Shown here: piece after piece, positions 36,192 to 49,300 of the stretch
How positions within the stretch are numbered: the stretch's first letter is position 1
Layout of the letters: each line of letters begins with the position of its first letter
From: Takakia lepidozioides
Taxonomy: Eukaryota; Plantae; Bryophyta
Reading direction: 5' to 3'
Length of the DNA stretch: 64,000 bases
Assembly (NCBI GenBank): GCA_030704615.1
Contig: CM060733.1
Span: 55,862,001 to 55,926,000 of the forward strand
The notes under the pieces: generated by a model
Told to the model about the DNA's origin: nothing
What the model saw: only the letters and a program-made list of their open reading frames with translations
The model's database searches: none
Position numbers and translations under genes: made by a program

Positions 36192-37189
36192 CGAAGAATG
36201 AAAATTAAAATTCACAGGTCGACAATTTGCAGGTTCCGCCTAGCAGTCCGTTGAGCTACGGAAGTGTGAGATCTCAAGTTACTGCATGGGAGCAGTTGAC
36301 ACGAGAAAAGTAAATTTAAGAGACAAGATTCAAAACAGTCTCAGACTGGCCACAATCTACAGGCAATCAGTGGTCAGCTGACTAGTCCAGGTTACGGGTT
36401 AGCACATTGTCGAATTCCCCGACCCTTAAGGACTACTCTTTAATTTTGAACCACAGTCAGCTGACCCTCTACACATGCTCTTGCGTTTGCTTGGACCTCA
36501 ATGGTACAGCTTCTCTCTTCAGCTCCTCATCACTGCACAGGCAGAGTACCCGACCACGAACAAACAAACAAACAAACCCTTAAGTCAAAAACAAACTGTG
36601 TTCTTACATGTAAGTACTTAATTTAGAATATGTTGACTCGTCTCTAGTCTCTACCAAGACGGGCAGGGCACTCGACCGCATAATTACACAACGGCCTGCA
36701 GTTGAATACCTGGGGAGATCAGTGCTCCTCCAGAGAAAGCAACAGCAACTGTTGGGATTGTAGCCGGCTGCTCAACTTGTAGAGCGTGTCACTGTATCAT
36801 ATGCACGGCGGGACCAATCAGTTGCGCGCTTCCAGAAATAGATAGCTCCACTCTCTTTGGAGCTCTGTCTCCTCCGCGCTTCGTTTTCAACTCAGCAAAC
36901 GAACGCTTCGAGACAATAAAGTCGGAGCGTAGTGGGCGGCCTAGACCCGGCCCCTCATTCCCCTCCAGTGTCGGTAGGCTGGGATCGCTCCCTACGTGGA
37001 CGCACGCATGCCTCGCACCTGAACCTACATACATACCTACCATCTCAAAACCTAGAGACCTGGATGAACCAGATACCTAGATACCTAGATCCCCCAGGTT
37101 CAAACTCATAAAGTTGTTATAAAGTTCAGTGGAGAGAACCTCATTGCCTACACTTGCTCTCATCCTACTCTATACTATACAAATATATA

Positions 37190-37810
37190 CACCAGTGTTG
37201 GACTGGTATCAGGTTTTTTACATACCAGACTGGTCCTGGTACCAGACAAATCACAAAACTTTCATACCAGTCTAGTCTATCTAATGGTGGATGTATTTTT
37301 TTCCACATACTGATATGAATATGAGCATCATGACCACAATACCAGCTCGTATGAGATATCAACTCTGATAGACCAGACTGGTCCTGGTAATCAGACGCAT
37401 CACAAAACTTTCATACCAGTCTGGTCTATATAATGGTGGATCCACATACTGGTATGAATATGAGTATCATACCAGCTCGTATGAGATATCAACTCTGGTA
37501 TCATTCCAAAGCCATCTTGAGTTACAAATGTGTCAAATGGCAAGTATAAGTGAAAACAAATAAAATATACATAAAAAATAAATATATTTAAGTACTAATA
37601 TATAGGCAGATGTACATATAAATTACTTCAATATACATACCAGAGTAAATTAGGAAGAAGGTGGGGGAGTACTGGTATTGTGGTTGGTATGAAAGAACTT
37701 ATACCAGCCTGGTCTGATATATGACCAAGTACTCTCCCAAATGATACCAGGCTGGTCTGGTATCTAATACTAGTGCATATACCAATGTTATATACCAGTC
37801 CAACACTGAT
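37190..37810. repeat. ATACCAG/CTGGTAT motif array with a ~150-bp tandem duplication (probable non-autonomous TE remnant)
   Basis: ataccag/ctggta recurs many times in both orientations; 37222-37366 is duplicated at ~37370-37496. Confidence 0.7.
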
Positions 37811-37952
37811 ATATACTCCCCACATGGGGAAAAGGCTCTTATTCATATGTATATATATATCTCTCTTATATATAGGGCTCTCCCAAGGGGGAGTAGCCAT
37901 AATGTGAAGTGGCTCTTTAGTTACGTCGGTTTCATCCGGAGTATTCTCTTTC

Positions 37953-38212
37953 TCTATACTTGCGCTGTGTCTTGCTACCAGTGGATTAGAGCGGGCTGTC
38001 GCAAGCGGGCCTTGAAAATTTTATACGTGTCCTTCACGCATCTATACTCGCGCGCTGTGTCTTGCTACCAGTGGATTAGAGCGGGCTGTCGCAAGCGGGC
38101 CTTGAAAATTTTATACGTGTCCTTCACGCATCTATACTCGCGCGCTGTGTCTTGCTACCAGTGGATTAGAGCGCGCAAGCGGGCCTTGAAAATTTTATAC
38201 GTGTCCTTCACG
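37953..38212. repeat. 90-bp tandem repeat, ~3 copies
   Basis: Units start at 37953, 38041 and 38131 (tctatact...gctgtgtcttgctaccagtggattagagcg...ccttcacgc). Confidence 0.95.
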
Positions 38213-38402
38213 CTCGGGAAAAGCCCTTTGCTAAGGGGCTTCACTTGCCCTCCACAAGGACACACTTGCTTCCCCGTGAAGTTAGCGTGGGTTCCGATGT
38301 CCGCGGTGTAATGAGTGGTCCTGCCGAGATTGTACACAGGCCCACATGGGCATTGCATGCATGAACGGTCTTGCTTGAGGAGCCTGTGAACCGGTGTTAT
38401 CA

Positions 38403-38610
38403 CAACTCAACTAGCATGGCTATTTGCATTGGGCCAACATGGCTATTGCATGCCCCTTCAAAGTGGCTATTGCATGTGGGGCGCACATGGCTATTGCATG
38501 CAACATCTAGCAAGCTGACTCAACTCAACTAGCATGGCTATTTGCATTGGGCCAACATGGCTATTGCATGCCCCTTCAAAGTGGCTATAGCATGCGGGGC
38601 CCACATGGAA
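38403..38610. repeat. Tandem duplication with TGGCTATTGCATG sub-repeats
   Basis: caactcaactagcatggctatttgcattgggccaacatggctattgcatgccccttcaaagtggctat at ~38403 and ~38521. Confidence 0.85.
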
Positions 38611-40299
38611 TCCATGCCAAGGAATGCTAGGGAAGGTTCTAGAACGGAGGTGATTTTGGCAAGGTATAGCCAAGTGGGAGCTGGGGCAAGGACCAGAAAT
38701 ATGTACCCCAATCCTTCCAACAATAAAATCGGACAAAGGCAGGCCGTCTAAGTTAGCACCTTGGTCTGAACAAGGGTGGCTATTGCATGCGGCCCCACGT
38801 GGTCATGATATCACAAGGGTCCATATTGGGGTAAGGGGCCAGGTAGGGTTTCAATATTTGTTTTTTTCATCTCATATGGGAATATGAATATTGCCCGGGT
38901 AAGTATATGGAATATTCAATATTCAAAAAAATATTTAATAACATGAAAAAAGAATTGACCTTCACATTGGATCACAGTTACAACATAATGCAAACATACA
39001 AAACCAGAATTGAGCTCACACTCATTGCACATTGAGTATCAAAAAGATGCCATACAATGCTATGCTCATACTGGCATGAGTCACAATGCCTAACTCACAA
39101 TGCCTACCTGCCCATGAATTCCCTTGCCTAACTCCACACATACACCTGCTGTTCCGTTTGGAGGCTCACATCGCGACAATACTGGCATCAGCAATCTCGT
39201 CCATTGTACCTATATACGGGCCAACACTGCTGTGAACGTGGTAGTTAGAGAGCAGGCACAACAAAAAGTAGGGGGGCCTACAAATAAACGTCCGCCTTGG
39301 GACTCGGGAGAAACGAAGCAGTGAACCCTTGGAAGATCTACAGAACACCATAGCCTTTTAAGTTGCAGTCCAGGTGGAAGATCTAATACTATGTCCAGCA
39401 GCTAGCTTGTTTATGACTGCAAGGTTCTTAAGTATATATGTTAGAAGCTGATGTCGTGATAAGCCGCCCACCGGAGGGTGGCTCAGTCCTGCTATCCAAT
39501 TTTTCCCTGTGTATATTTCCTGCAGTTCATCTGATTGGAAGGATTGCGAACCCAGCTGCAACATGCTTAGAATCTTCTACCACTCTAGGGGATTGCAACT
39601 TCAGTGCTCGTTTTTCCACAAAACAATGGCGCAAGGCCGATGGCACGTACTCTTTTTGGAGAGGGTCTCCCAATACATCGAAGATCTGCAGGCACCTCTG
39701 TGCGGGAGCTGCTGTTGCGCTTGAGATATGTGGGCTAGAAGCTATTCCTCAGACGTGTCATAAGTGTGTCATAAAACCGTGCAGCATTAATTAGGAGCTG
39801 AAATTACTGTGTCGTGCTAAGTTCATGCTTGCACCTGCAGGGCGCTAGCGGAGATCGGGAGTGACTGTCATGCTTCCGGTTTTATTCTTCCGACTTTGCT
39901 AAGCTTACTCTCTTGCCAATGCAGGTGATGCAGGAATAGGACATCATGTTGCCTTACATGTATTGGCTAGTTGGGTAATGGAAAAGATCATATAGTATGT
40001 TCATCAGATCACCGCTCATTCTGGCTTTGTGGACATCTATCGGGTACATCCAGAGAAGGGAAGGAATGAAATAACGTCCGCGGAAAGCTCAACGAGCTTA
40101 TATGGGACGCTGGAACAATGGAATTTTAGAGAGAAATTCATTACTCCCGCGGTAGACCCAAAGGGCCCTCAAGTGGGAAATAGTAACATCTAAACCGATC
40201 CAAAGGCTAAAGAGAGTTAGCACCATTATTTTTTAGCTCATGAGAGATATAACGTTGAAAGATGCAGTAGATGATGGAGTAATTCGAGGGAACAATTTG

Positions 40300-41400
40300 A
40301 GGCGAACCAAATTTTATCGGATCCAGACCGGCTGAAACGAGGTTTCCAAGCTCTCAACGTGGATGGAGTGATGGTGGACTGCTGGTGGGGCCTGCTAGAA
40401 GCAATTGAAGGCTCCCCAACTGTATGACTCCTCCTTATACCTGTCTGTTGTAAGCCTTATCTCAATCAGAACCTGTCAACTGTATATATGTCTACCGTTT
40501 GAGCTCCTCTCTCCTGCCAGATTACCAGGAGGCAGTTCTTTTCTAACATCAGCTGAGATCTGGTTGTCTGCTGTTAGCTTTGTGTGGTCTCCCTTGTTGT
40601 CTCTATAAGTTCGGTTGGTTTCCTGTTGGTGGATACAAAGCGTCTAAGTTCTTTCCTGTTTTCATACATGTTGGTCTGGTCCCCAAAATGTAATTTTCAG
40701 CATAATCTCAGATATTTGTCCACCTGAGTGGGAGGCTGTTATGTACTTTCTGGCCAATTCTCAAAGGACACATTCAGTTTCTGCACGATGATTGTGGATC
40801 TAAGTGAAGTGATGAAATGAAATGCAGAGCTATGAAAAGTACCTCACGAAAAAGGCGGCGGAGGGCACTCCAACTGGGACATGGGGAGACTGCACCTCCA
40901 TGCTGCAGGACACAGATTTCTACACTGATGGAGGTGACTATGATAGCTATATGGGCGTTTTTTCTTAAGATGACCAGTATTCATCAGTGCTCATTGAACA
41001 TGGAGCCAAGCTTTCTGCCAAGTGTAGTTCTACTTGGACCAAGTTGCAGACATCTTTGGAAGTAGGCTGTAGACGAAAACTGTGTAGTGTACAACGTCGA
41101 TTTAGAAAATAGAAACTGACATCATTGCAAACATGTATCCAAGGAGACGACTGCCAGTCAGGCATATGCTTAGTCTCTCCTCGGGTCTCTCAAATAGAAC
41201 GTGCTTGCAATTTGATAATTGTCATGTCTGTAGTAGTGTGTGGAGCTCGTTAACAGATGATTTTGTTTTCCTGATGCTATTCAGGTCTCTGGAATTCATT
41301 GGTGGTAAAATACAGCAAGCTATGCGGCAGAGCTGACGGTGGTTCTACAATCCAGCCAACCGCGATGGGTGTGCAGTCATTGCTCAAATGCTCAACAATT
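40300..41400 (+). pseudogene. Beta-amylase (GH14) pseudogene fragments
   Basis: ALNVDGVMVDCWWGLLEA (~40350-40402); YEKYL..KAA..G...DTDFYTDGGDYDSY.GRFFL (~40830-40970); VSGIHWW*NTASYAAELT.GFYNPANRDG (~41286-41370). Stops, frameshifts and missing exons. Confidence 0.85.
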
Positions 41401-43951
41401 TCCTTTTGAGGGTGCAGTTTTGCTACTGATACAGAATGTAGTAGAAAAAGCGAATGCCATAAGATTACATGCTGGAGCACCAAATGATCACCAAATGCAT
41501 ACTTTGGCGCTGCTTCAATGCAGGAGCATGGTGGGTAGTCCATGCTGAAAACCCACCAACAGGGTGTTGAGAAAATTTCTATCACAAGAAGCAGCTTGCC
41601 GTATAGTCGAAAAAGGTTTGAGGTGAGGCTGTGTCAAAATCACCTAGTACTAATTCTCCTGCGACCAGGATCCCAACATAAGCCATATAAGTACGTAGCC
41701 TATATATCAGTTTCGTAACCCTTCGCGGATTCTCATTGACACACACAAATGCTTAAATTATAGTATAATCTCGACAGTCTCAAGACAAGTGAATAAATTC
41801 TCTTGCGGCAAAATATTAGTATTTTCTGGACATTCTGTCGTTTTAAAATTGAAATCCAAGGTTGACAAGACTATGATGCAGAAGCATCTTTGATGAACAC
41901 GAGTTTACTGTTGCAAAGCATACTGCTTCCCATTACCATGCAACCTCCTGACAAACCGTGTGAACTCTTTGGAGTTGTTCTCCTCCGTCCTGAAGCTGGG
42001 AGTTCAATCTCAAGTAGGTGAAAACAACTAAGTGGTGGCCGTCAGGGTCCTTCCAAGTTGGCTTTGCATTCTTCACAATTTTGTTCACTCACTACTGAGA
42101 TGTGGGCATCCCAGGCAGGATTCAATACCTTCCAGGGACACATGTGACGTCTCTCAATCACCAGCTGCTGAACAGATCTGCCGCCTCTCCAGATCTCCCC
42201 CCTTTCAACCTCCATCATCCTCTTCACACCATCATGAGAGACTACGCACTCTCTTCCTTCTTGCCTTCCCCCACCTTCATGTCTCTCAAAAGCCATTTCC
42301 ACTCAAGACCCTTAATAGCAAGGTTGCTGTAGATGGGGACAGTTTGATAATGTCACTGCAAATATATCCCACTGGGACAACGGGCATACAACCACCTCCC
42401 AGACAAGGCCCTCGAGATCTGCCAATGCTTCCCGGGTAGCCTTCGGGTCAGGTAAAGTTAAATGCAGCCTTCTGCTTTTGTGTATGGGACCAACATCAGC
42501 AGGGAAGTCCCCGCTGTTGTGGAAGTTATGTTCCAACAGTGTTACAGTTGTCCAAAACTGTGTCCACGGCAATTTCAAACTTGCCAGCTCGACAAGCTTC
42601 TATGTAACTCTTTCACGGAAAGGTGTGTCCAATCCAAACCAACCACAATATACCTCCACATTAAACAACAGAATACGGACACGCACCGTTTGGAAAGTGA
42701 GAGGTCCTAAACAATGCCCAGAAAAGCTGATCCGAGTCCAATGGAAGTTATTACAAGAGTTCACGACATCCCTGATCTACATTCTGAAGTCCACTAGATT
42801 CACAAACAGGTGTCGCTCTGAAAACATTAATTTTAGACTGCAGGAAGCATAACCCACCTCGCATCTGGACGCAACAGACATGTATGATGAGGGTCGTCAT
42901 CTCCTCTCCTACTCTCCTCATTTTTTGCGGCTGGACTCTTTAGGGAATTTCACATGGGAACATGAAACGTGTTGCTCTCCGTTCCCAGCAGGGTGGCACC
43001 CGTGATAGAGGGTTTTGTGCAAATGGATGCGTCGCTCTGCCTCTCGGTTACTGCGCTGAAGACAGGCCCCTCCATGTCTCTCTCTACAATGTGCCTCCAC
43101 CGCAATCTAGATTGCTTCAAGCACTGGGATCATGGCCCTCTCTTGCCCTCTGAATTCTGAGGCGGACATCTGGAAGAAGGCCAGAATCAAGTGAATTGAA
43201 AGTGCATGCCAGTACTGATCCTTGAACCACATGGGTTCCACACGATGGGAGTGGGGCCCAGTTTGCTCTCTCCAAGCCCCCCTCCGGCCTGTCCTGTGTC
43301 CAAACTGAACTCGGGTTCCATGGCCACATTGCTACTGCAAGGTGCTTGTTCCGTTGTATTTTCCCCCTACTTTCCTGTGTCTTTTCCCTTTGTTTTCCCT
43401 CAAAGTTTTGTCTCCGTTTGTGGCACACTGCAGCCCCTAAAGGATGGTGGGAGTTTCGAGCACAGCATTTAATTGTTTTGTTCGTGCGTTTGTTAATCTT
43501 TCTCTCTCTCTTTCTTGGTGAGAACTTCAGTAGTTGCAATCGAGACTGTGTTCTAAGCTGCTCCTTATATCTCACCGTCTTGACTTCGCTTTGGCTGTGG
43601 CAATATTGACGATGAAGCTTTACGTGAAAATTTGTCCATTTCTTTTGAGTCGTACTGCTGGGAGGAATCCTGGCGAGATGACCTCCCTCAACTTGACTTT
43701 TCCAACATTACTAAATCCTTCTCTTCTTTCAACGTGCAGTTTGCATTCTGGACTGATGGAACTGTTCAAAGCGGTTTCGGAATGGCTGCTGAGCCTCAGT
43801 TCAAGGGAAAGATTGAACTGCGAATGCGGTATCACATATCTGATTTCTTATCTGCCGCAGTATATGTTTGAAGCCTAAAAACTGAGTGTGTGTTATTTGC
43901 TCACCAAGCTTGCACGAGGCTTTTACTACTTACCTCTGGAAAAAGCAGAGC

Positions 43952-44413
43952 ATGGCGGCAGCTTCACCGGCAGCACCATCAGAACCATCAGAACCAGTGG
44001 AAGGTGCGGAAGTGACCACAGGCCATGAAGCAGCCTTTGCAAAAGCTGTATCGATGCTTGAGAGATTTTTACTACCTCCAGGCCTGTTTCCCTTGCAAAA
44101 TGTTGAAGAATTTGGCTATGTTGAGACGACAGGCATCTGGTGGTTGAAGCAGAAAACCAAATCGGAGCATGAGTTTCACCTTGCCCAGGAGTTGGTGGTC
44201 TACGGAAAGGAGCTCGGAGGCAAAATTGAGAAAGGCAAGATTGTGAATTTGAAAGGATGGAAAATGAAGAAACTTACTAACAAGGATCTTTTTCTTTCTG
44301 AAACGTATCGAGAACTTTTTGTGGATGATCCACCATCAGGACAGATACATTTCAAAAATCACCATGGAGTTGTGAAATCTTTTCCTTCCGAAGCCTTTGC
44401 AGCTGGGCAATAA
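43952..44413 (+). CDS. DUF538-family protein, single exon
   Basis: GAEV.TG....KAVSMLERFLLPPGLFPLQNVEEFGY..TTGIWWLKQK....HEF......V.Y..E..G.IEKGKI..LKG...VDDPPSGQIHFK...G..KSFP..AF. Confidence 0.88.
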   Translation: MAAASPAAPSEPSEPVEGAEVTTGHEAAFAKAVSMLERFLLPPGLFPLQNVEEFGYVETTGIWWLKQKTKSEHEFHLAQELVVYGKELGGKIEKGKIVNLKGWKMKKLTNKDLFLSETYRELFVDDPPSGQIHFKNHHGVVKSFPSEAFAAGQ

Positions 44414-46365
44414 CACTTTCCTTTGTCAACAGAACCTCTCCCCATTCCAGCATGACCCTCACGTACCTGCGAGACTCCTCAGAGACTAACCAGCGCCTTG
44501 GCACAAGGACATGACAGGATCAAGTGAGGTAGTGTCGAGCATCTTAGCTCTTGAGACTTCAGATCAAGCCCTCTGGAGGGGAGTGGAATGGAAACCGCTC
44601 AGATCTGTCTGGGGGAATCTGGCTTACCAAGTGAGGATTTGCAGTCAATCAGGGCAGACTACATACCTGACAGGGGACTTGTTTTCAGCAAACCCTAAGG
44701 CGGAGTAAACTGCACTAGAACCTTTGGATTGGACGGAATTTATCACAATATTTTGGAGTTGATCTCTTTCATGACTGAGTCATAAGTCTAAGAGACTTGA
44801 GGTTCGCAATGCCCCCCCACCTTACATGCCTTTAGAGGTGGATGCGGCTTGAGATCTGGAGTACCGAGCAGAGATGCAGCTGGGGACTAGCAGCATTGGA
44901 TGGAGCCAACCGACTACATAATGCTGCTTACTTCTATCATAAACTTGAATCCCCAGCTGCCTTATGAGTGGCTTCGCTCTCATTGGAATATCTTAGTCAA
45001 TTGGCTCTTGTAATTGTTGGGCTTCATGAATGAGTGAAACCTTGCTCAAGGTTCAGGATAGAAGAGGGGGCCTCCCCTCCTCATACTCAGTGACTGGTCA
45101 GTCAAAACCCCGAGGGTTACTCCAAACCTAGTCTTACTCTGTCATCACTGCACTGACAACAATCACCGTCCCTATTCTTTGATACTGCCTGAGCCCACTC
45201 TGCTGCTACGTAAGTGATCTAGTATGTAAATAACACTCTTCAGGAATGATCAACTCTTTTCCTAGTGCATTCCATCGAGTTGCTTTACCCCTCAAATAGA
45301 TGCACTGCACAGATGAGGATAATCCGACAGTAAGAGTGCCACACTCCACAACACAGGAAAGTAAAGGGGGACTGACTGGTAAACATCTGTAACTAAAACC
45401 CCAGCAAAGGCATCACGCCAGGGTTTTGTTGGCAATACCAGTTGGTAGGATGCTGTAGAGTGCGAAACCAGCATTGCTCCACTCCATATCATCCAATACA
45501 GACCTGAGCAAAACAGCAAGCATGACCCTGAACCTGTCTAGATGGCCTTAAGTGTAGAGACTTACCATTGGAACTTACAGACATAAATCTTTATAATACA
45601 AGCTAGTACCACATTGTTTTTGAGGTCCCAGTGGCTTGCAGGAAATCCTGTGCACAACCTTCATAGGTATAGGAGCACCTTCTATGGTGGCCTTTACTGT
45701 TGGCTTCCACTTTTGAAGCTATTACCCAATCAGCTGTTGGCATTGGCCACAGGAGCTCAAGACCATAGCTGTATACACCTTCGAAGAACACCTTTGAAGA
45801 TCAAGACCTACCCACTGTCATGGTCCATGTTCAGCTCCAGATTTGTTGGAGCACTTTTATTCTGGAGCTGTGATGAAGTAAAATTGTACCCTGTTGATGA
45901 CCAAAATGTGTCAGTCATCAATAACTGGACCAAGCTGATCAGTCATTTGCTGTCCTCCTTGCCGGTAGCAGGCAGAGACTTAGGACCCCCAAATCCCTAC
46001 ATGGCAACAACACCACCACCCGACGGATCCTAACCTTTGCTTCAGGAATCATTGTCTGGGAAGCATACTCTGCACTTATGTACCTGCCATTCTCCTTCAT
46101 TGCACAACTTTCTCATCAAGCAACAACCAAGGCATGCTCTCCTTACTCTCATCGTTCACACCCCTGAAGACCTATACCACTCTAATACCTTATGACATTT
46201 ATTCCTCTGGTTCAACCTATTGTACACAAACCTCCCATAGGTTTTGCTGGTTAAAGTACATGTGTGACACGTCCTTATCAAATCTCCCATTAAATCCCAG
46301 GGCTCAATCCTTAAGGAACGCTCCTGCAAGAAAGGAGGAGAGTAGGCGTAGATTCTGAAGATATG

Positions 46366-49300
46366 TCAGAAGTGCTTTCGCCTCGGTCTCTTGCTAAGCT
46401 CCGCATACTTGCCCCCCATCAGCTGTAAAACTTCCTCCCATAGCCCAGAAGCTACAGCCTTTGTAATCAAGTCGGTGCTGCAGGCAGCCACACACCACAG
46501 CCCTGATGCAAGCTCTTTCTTCAGTTGCTCAGTTCCCCACCCAGAATAACCGAAAAACAACCTGAAGTCTTGTGGCAAAGAGCCCTTGCCCCCTCTAGCA
46601 AGTTCGGGTGTGGGTTCCAGGCCGTTAGCTATCCCATAGTACACTCCTGGAATCACTTCATGGTAACCCTTTATGCCACTGGTCCCATGCAACAAAAGAA
46701 ACACCTCTGTATCCAAAGGTCCCCCAAGATGTACCTGAGGCCAAAACTTTTATATCAGCCAAAGATTTTGGCGACAAAGAAGCCATCTGCCTAGGTCTAC
46801 AGCACACAAAAATTGAATTGAAGACATGACCTATGCTCAGGAAGGCGACCGACCACCCACAAAGCTAAGGATTTCAAGTTATAATCAAAAGTGGTATCCC
46901 GCCATGTGTACATGACAGCAACTGTTTATAATTCATTTTTATTGAAGGTACTGGGACAAATTTGAACCAAGGAAATATGACTAGCCACAAAGAAATCTGG
47001 TTTGCATACAGGGCATAGCAAGCATACATTACAAATACATGCAACCTGTCACAACCACATTAACATCTCACTAAGTTACAGAACCACATATTTTGTAGAC
47101 CAGGTTGAGGATTGAAGATGAATCTTAGGCACCTACATCTTCATCTTAGCCTTCCACTGACCTAGGGCCTGAAGGTTTAATGAAGGGAACAGAAGTAAAG
47201 AAACCAGCATGTTCACTCTCAGATTGCACTTTAGCCATGCTTCACAAGTTGATCATTTGGTGAAGGTCACCTGTAGGTGAGTTAGAGAGAGAGAGAGAGA
47301 ATGCACTCATAAGATGTTGTTTGACAGAGCCTTGCGGTCACCCAGTTGGGGCGGAAAAACCACCATGCACTACCTTTGTGAGGGGCTCATGTACTTACGA
47401 GGCGTTGTTTGCCATAGCCATGTGGCCATAGACCCAAGGCCAAGTTTGGGCAGAACAAGAGGGAACAGACGTTACCTTTGTGAGGAGCTCACTCCAGTAG
47501 TGGGACTCACCTTAGTATAGACAATTGGTTTGGCCTCCTCTAGAAATCCCGTCACACAAGCATCAATCTGCAGTGTGTGAGCAGCCCAGCAATAAGGGCC
47601 AGGGCTTTAGGCTCAGCCTCCAGATTTTGAAAGTTGGTGAACAGAGTTGCAGGGACTGTGTTATTCATGGTCCTGAAGAGGGTCACTCTCTGATGAGAAT
47701 ACCCCAGACATCGTGTCAGAAAATGGATTCTGTCTTCAGGCTGTCCACACATCAGCCATTGATAATCTCCCTTTCCTCTATGAAACTGTTTATCATTGAA
47801 AGGTAGACTCCTCGCCATGAGAGAATGTACTCATAAGACGTTGTTTGCCGTAGCCTTGTGGCCATTGACCCCACGCTCAGATTGAGCAGAACACAAAGGG
47901 ACAGAAACTACCTTTGTCAGGGGCTGAAACTAGGCCGCAAAAGGGCCTGGGCTTTTGGCTCAGCCTCGAGACTTTCAAAGTTGGTAAAAGAGGTTCAGGC
48001 ACAACTCCCTTGATGGATTGGAAGAGGGCGTCTCTCTCATGAGAGTACCCAGGACAATGAATCAGAAAATGAGAGAGAGAGACACACACACACACCCACC
48101 ACACGCATTTTGTACATTAAGTTTCTGCTGGGACATTTCCCTCTTCCTTATCAAAATGAAAGAAGAAAACAAATAAAAACACTTGAAAAACCTAACCAAG
48201 AACCAAAACTATATTCAACTGCCCTAAACAGAGAAGTCAAGACTGTACCTGGCAGTTGCCAAACAGCTTGACCAGAGTGCGATCCTTAGGCTTCATGTCT
48301 TTGATGCGGCGTGAGTGGGGTCTATTGAGAATTAACCCATATGGGCCCTCTCTGGGAGTACTTGAGCCTGGGTTGATCAGCAATATCACTGTTCTCTCAA
48401 ACTCCGGCTGTCCATCCAACTTCTCTGTTGCTATAAGCACACAACCAGCTTCCGGCGCCAGGATTGGATGTGCCCAGCTCTTTCTAGCAGGTGTGCCACC
48501 ATCCTCTGTAGAAATGGCCCCACTTCCAGTTACCTCAGACAGAACAAGACGTGCTCGAAATGCACGCCAGTCTGAATCCAGAAGGGAGTCCCCAACCTGC
48601 ATTAATCAAGCATTGGGTGAAATATTGCTTTGACTGAGGCAAGTACTTAACCTCCAGACATCAACAAAGCTCAGATCTTTGCCCTTCACCACCACCCAAG
48701 AGAAAACACAGGGAAGAAAGACCCTTGTTCTCAAGCTAATTCTACTATGAAGTAAAACTATTGTTCTGCAATTGCATTGCAAATAGTGTATTGAGAACAG
48801 AGAGAATGTACTCATAAGACCTACAAAGGCCCACTATACTTTAAACAACCAAGTTCCACAGTGTTGTGCACATGGACCCATCTCAGCCCTATATTGGGCT
48901 AGGTTTAAGGAGAAGGAGTAAGTTAAACTCACAACAAGTTTCAGAGTGAACACATTGGCATCCTTGAGATCTGATTTGCAATCAAAGTTCCACTCTGATG
49001 AACAAGAAGCTCCCTAACAGTCGTTTGTCGGTCGGTCATAGGTTGACAAGAGAGTACATATCTCTATTCTTTTTCTACAACTTATTTTGCTGTGATCAGA
49101 TCCCTGGTAGGCTATGTATACCTCAGCTGCTTCACTGGGCAGATCAGTTCCATTGCGCGAGGGAGCTTGCTCAGGTATGGCTTCCGGATCCTCCTCCTCA
49201 GGCACTGGTTTGCCTGTGCTGCCCTGACCTGCTGCAGCACACATATGCCCTTCGTCTGCAGAATGTCTCACTTAGCAGTGTTACAAAAAGTACAACATAA

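Noticed and set aside
37847-38311. 154-aa ORF with internal repeats, or a CRISPR-like array
   Set aside because: Produced by a 90-bp (multiple of 3) tandem repeat; there are no unique spacers and the context is eukaryotic.
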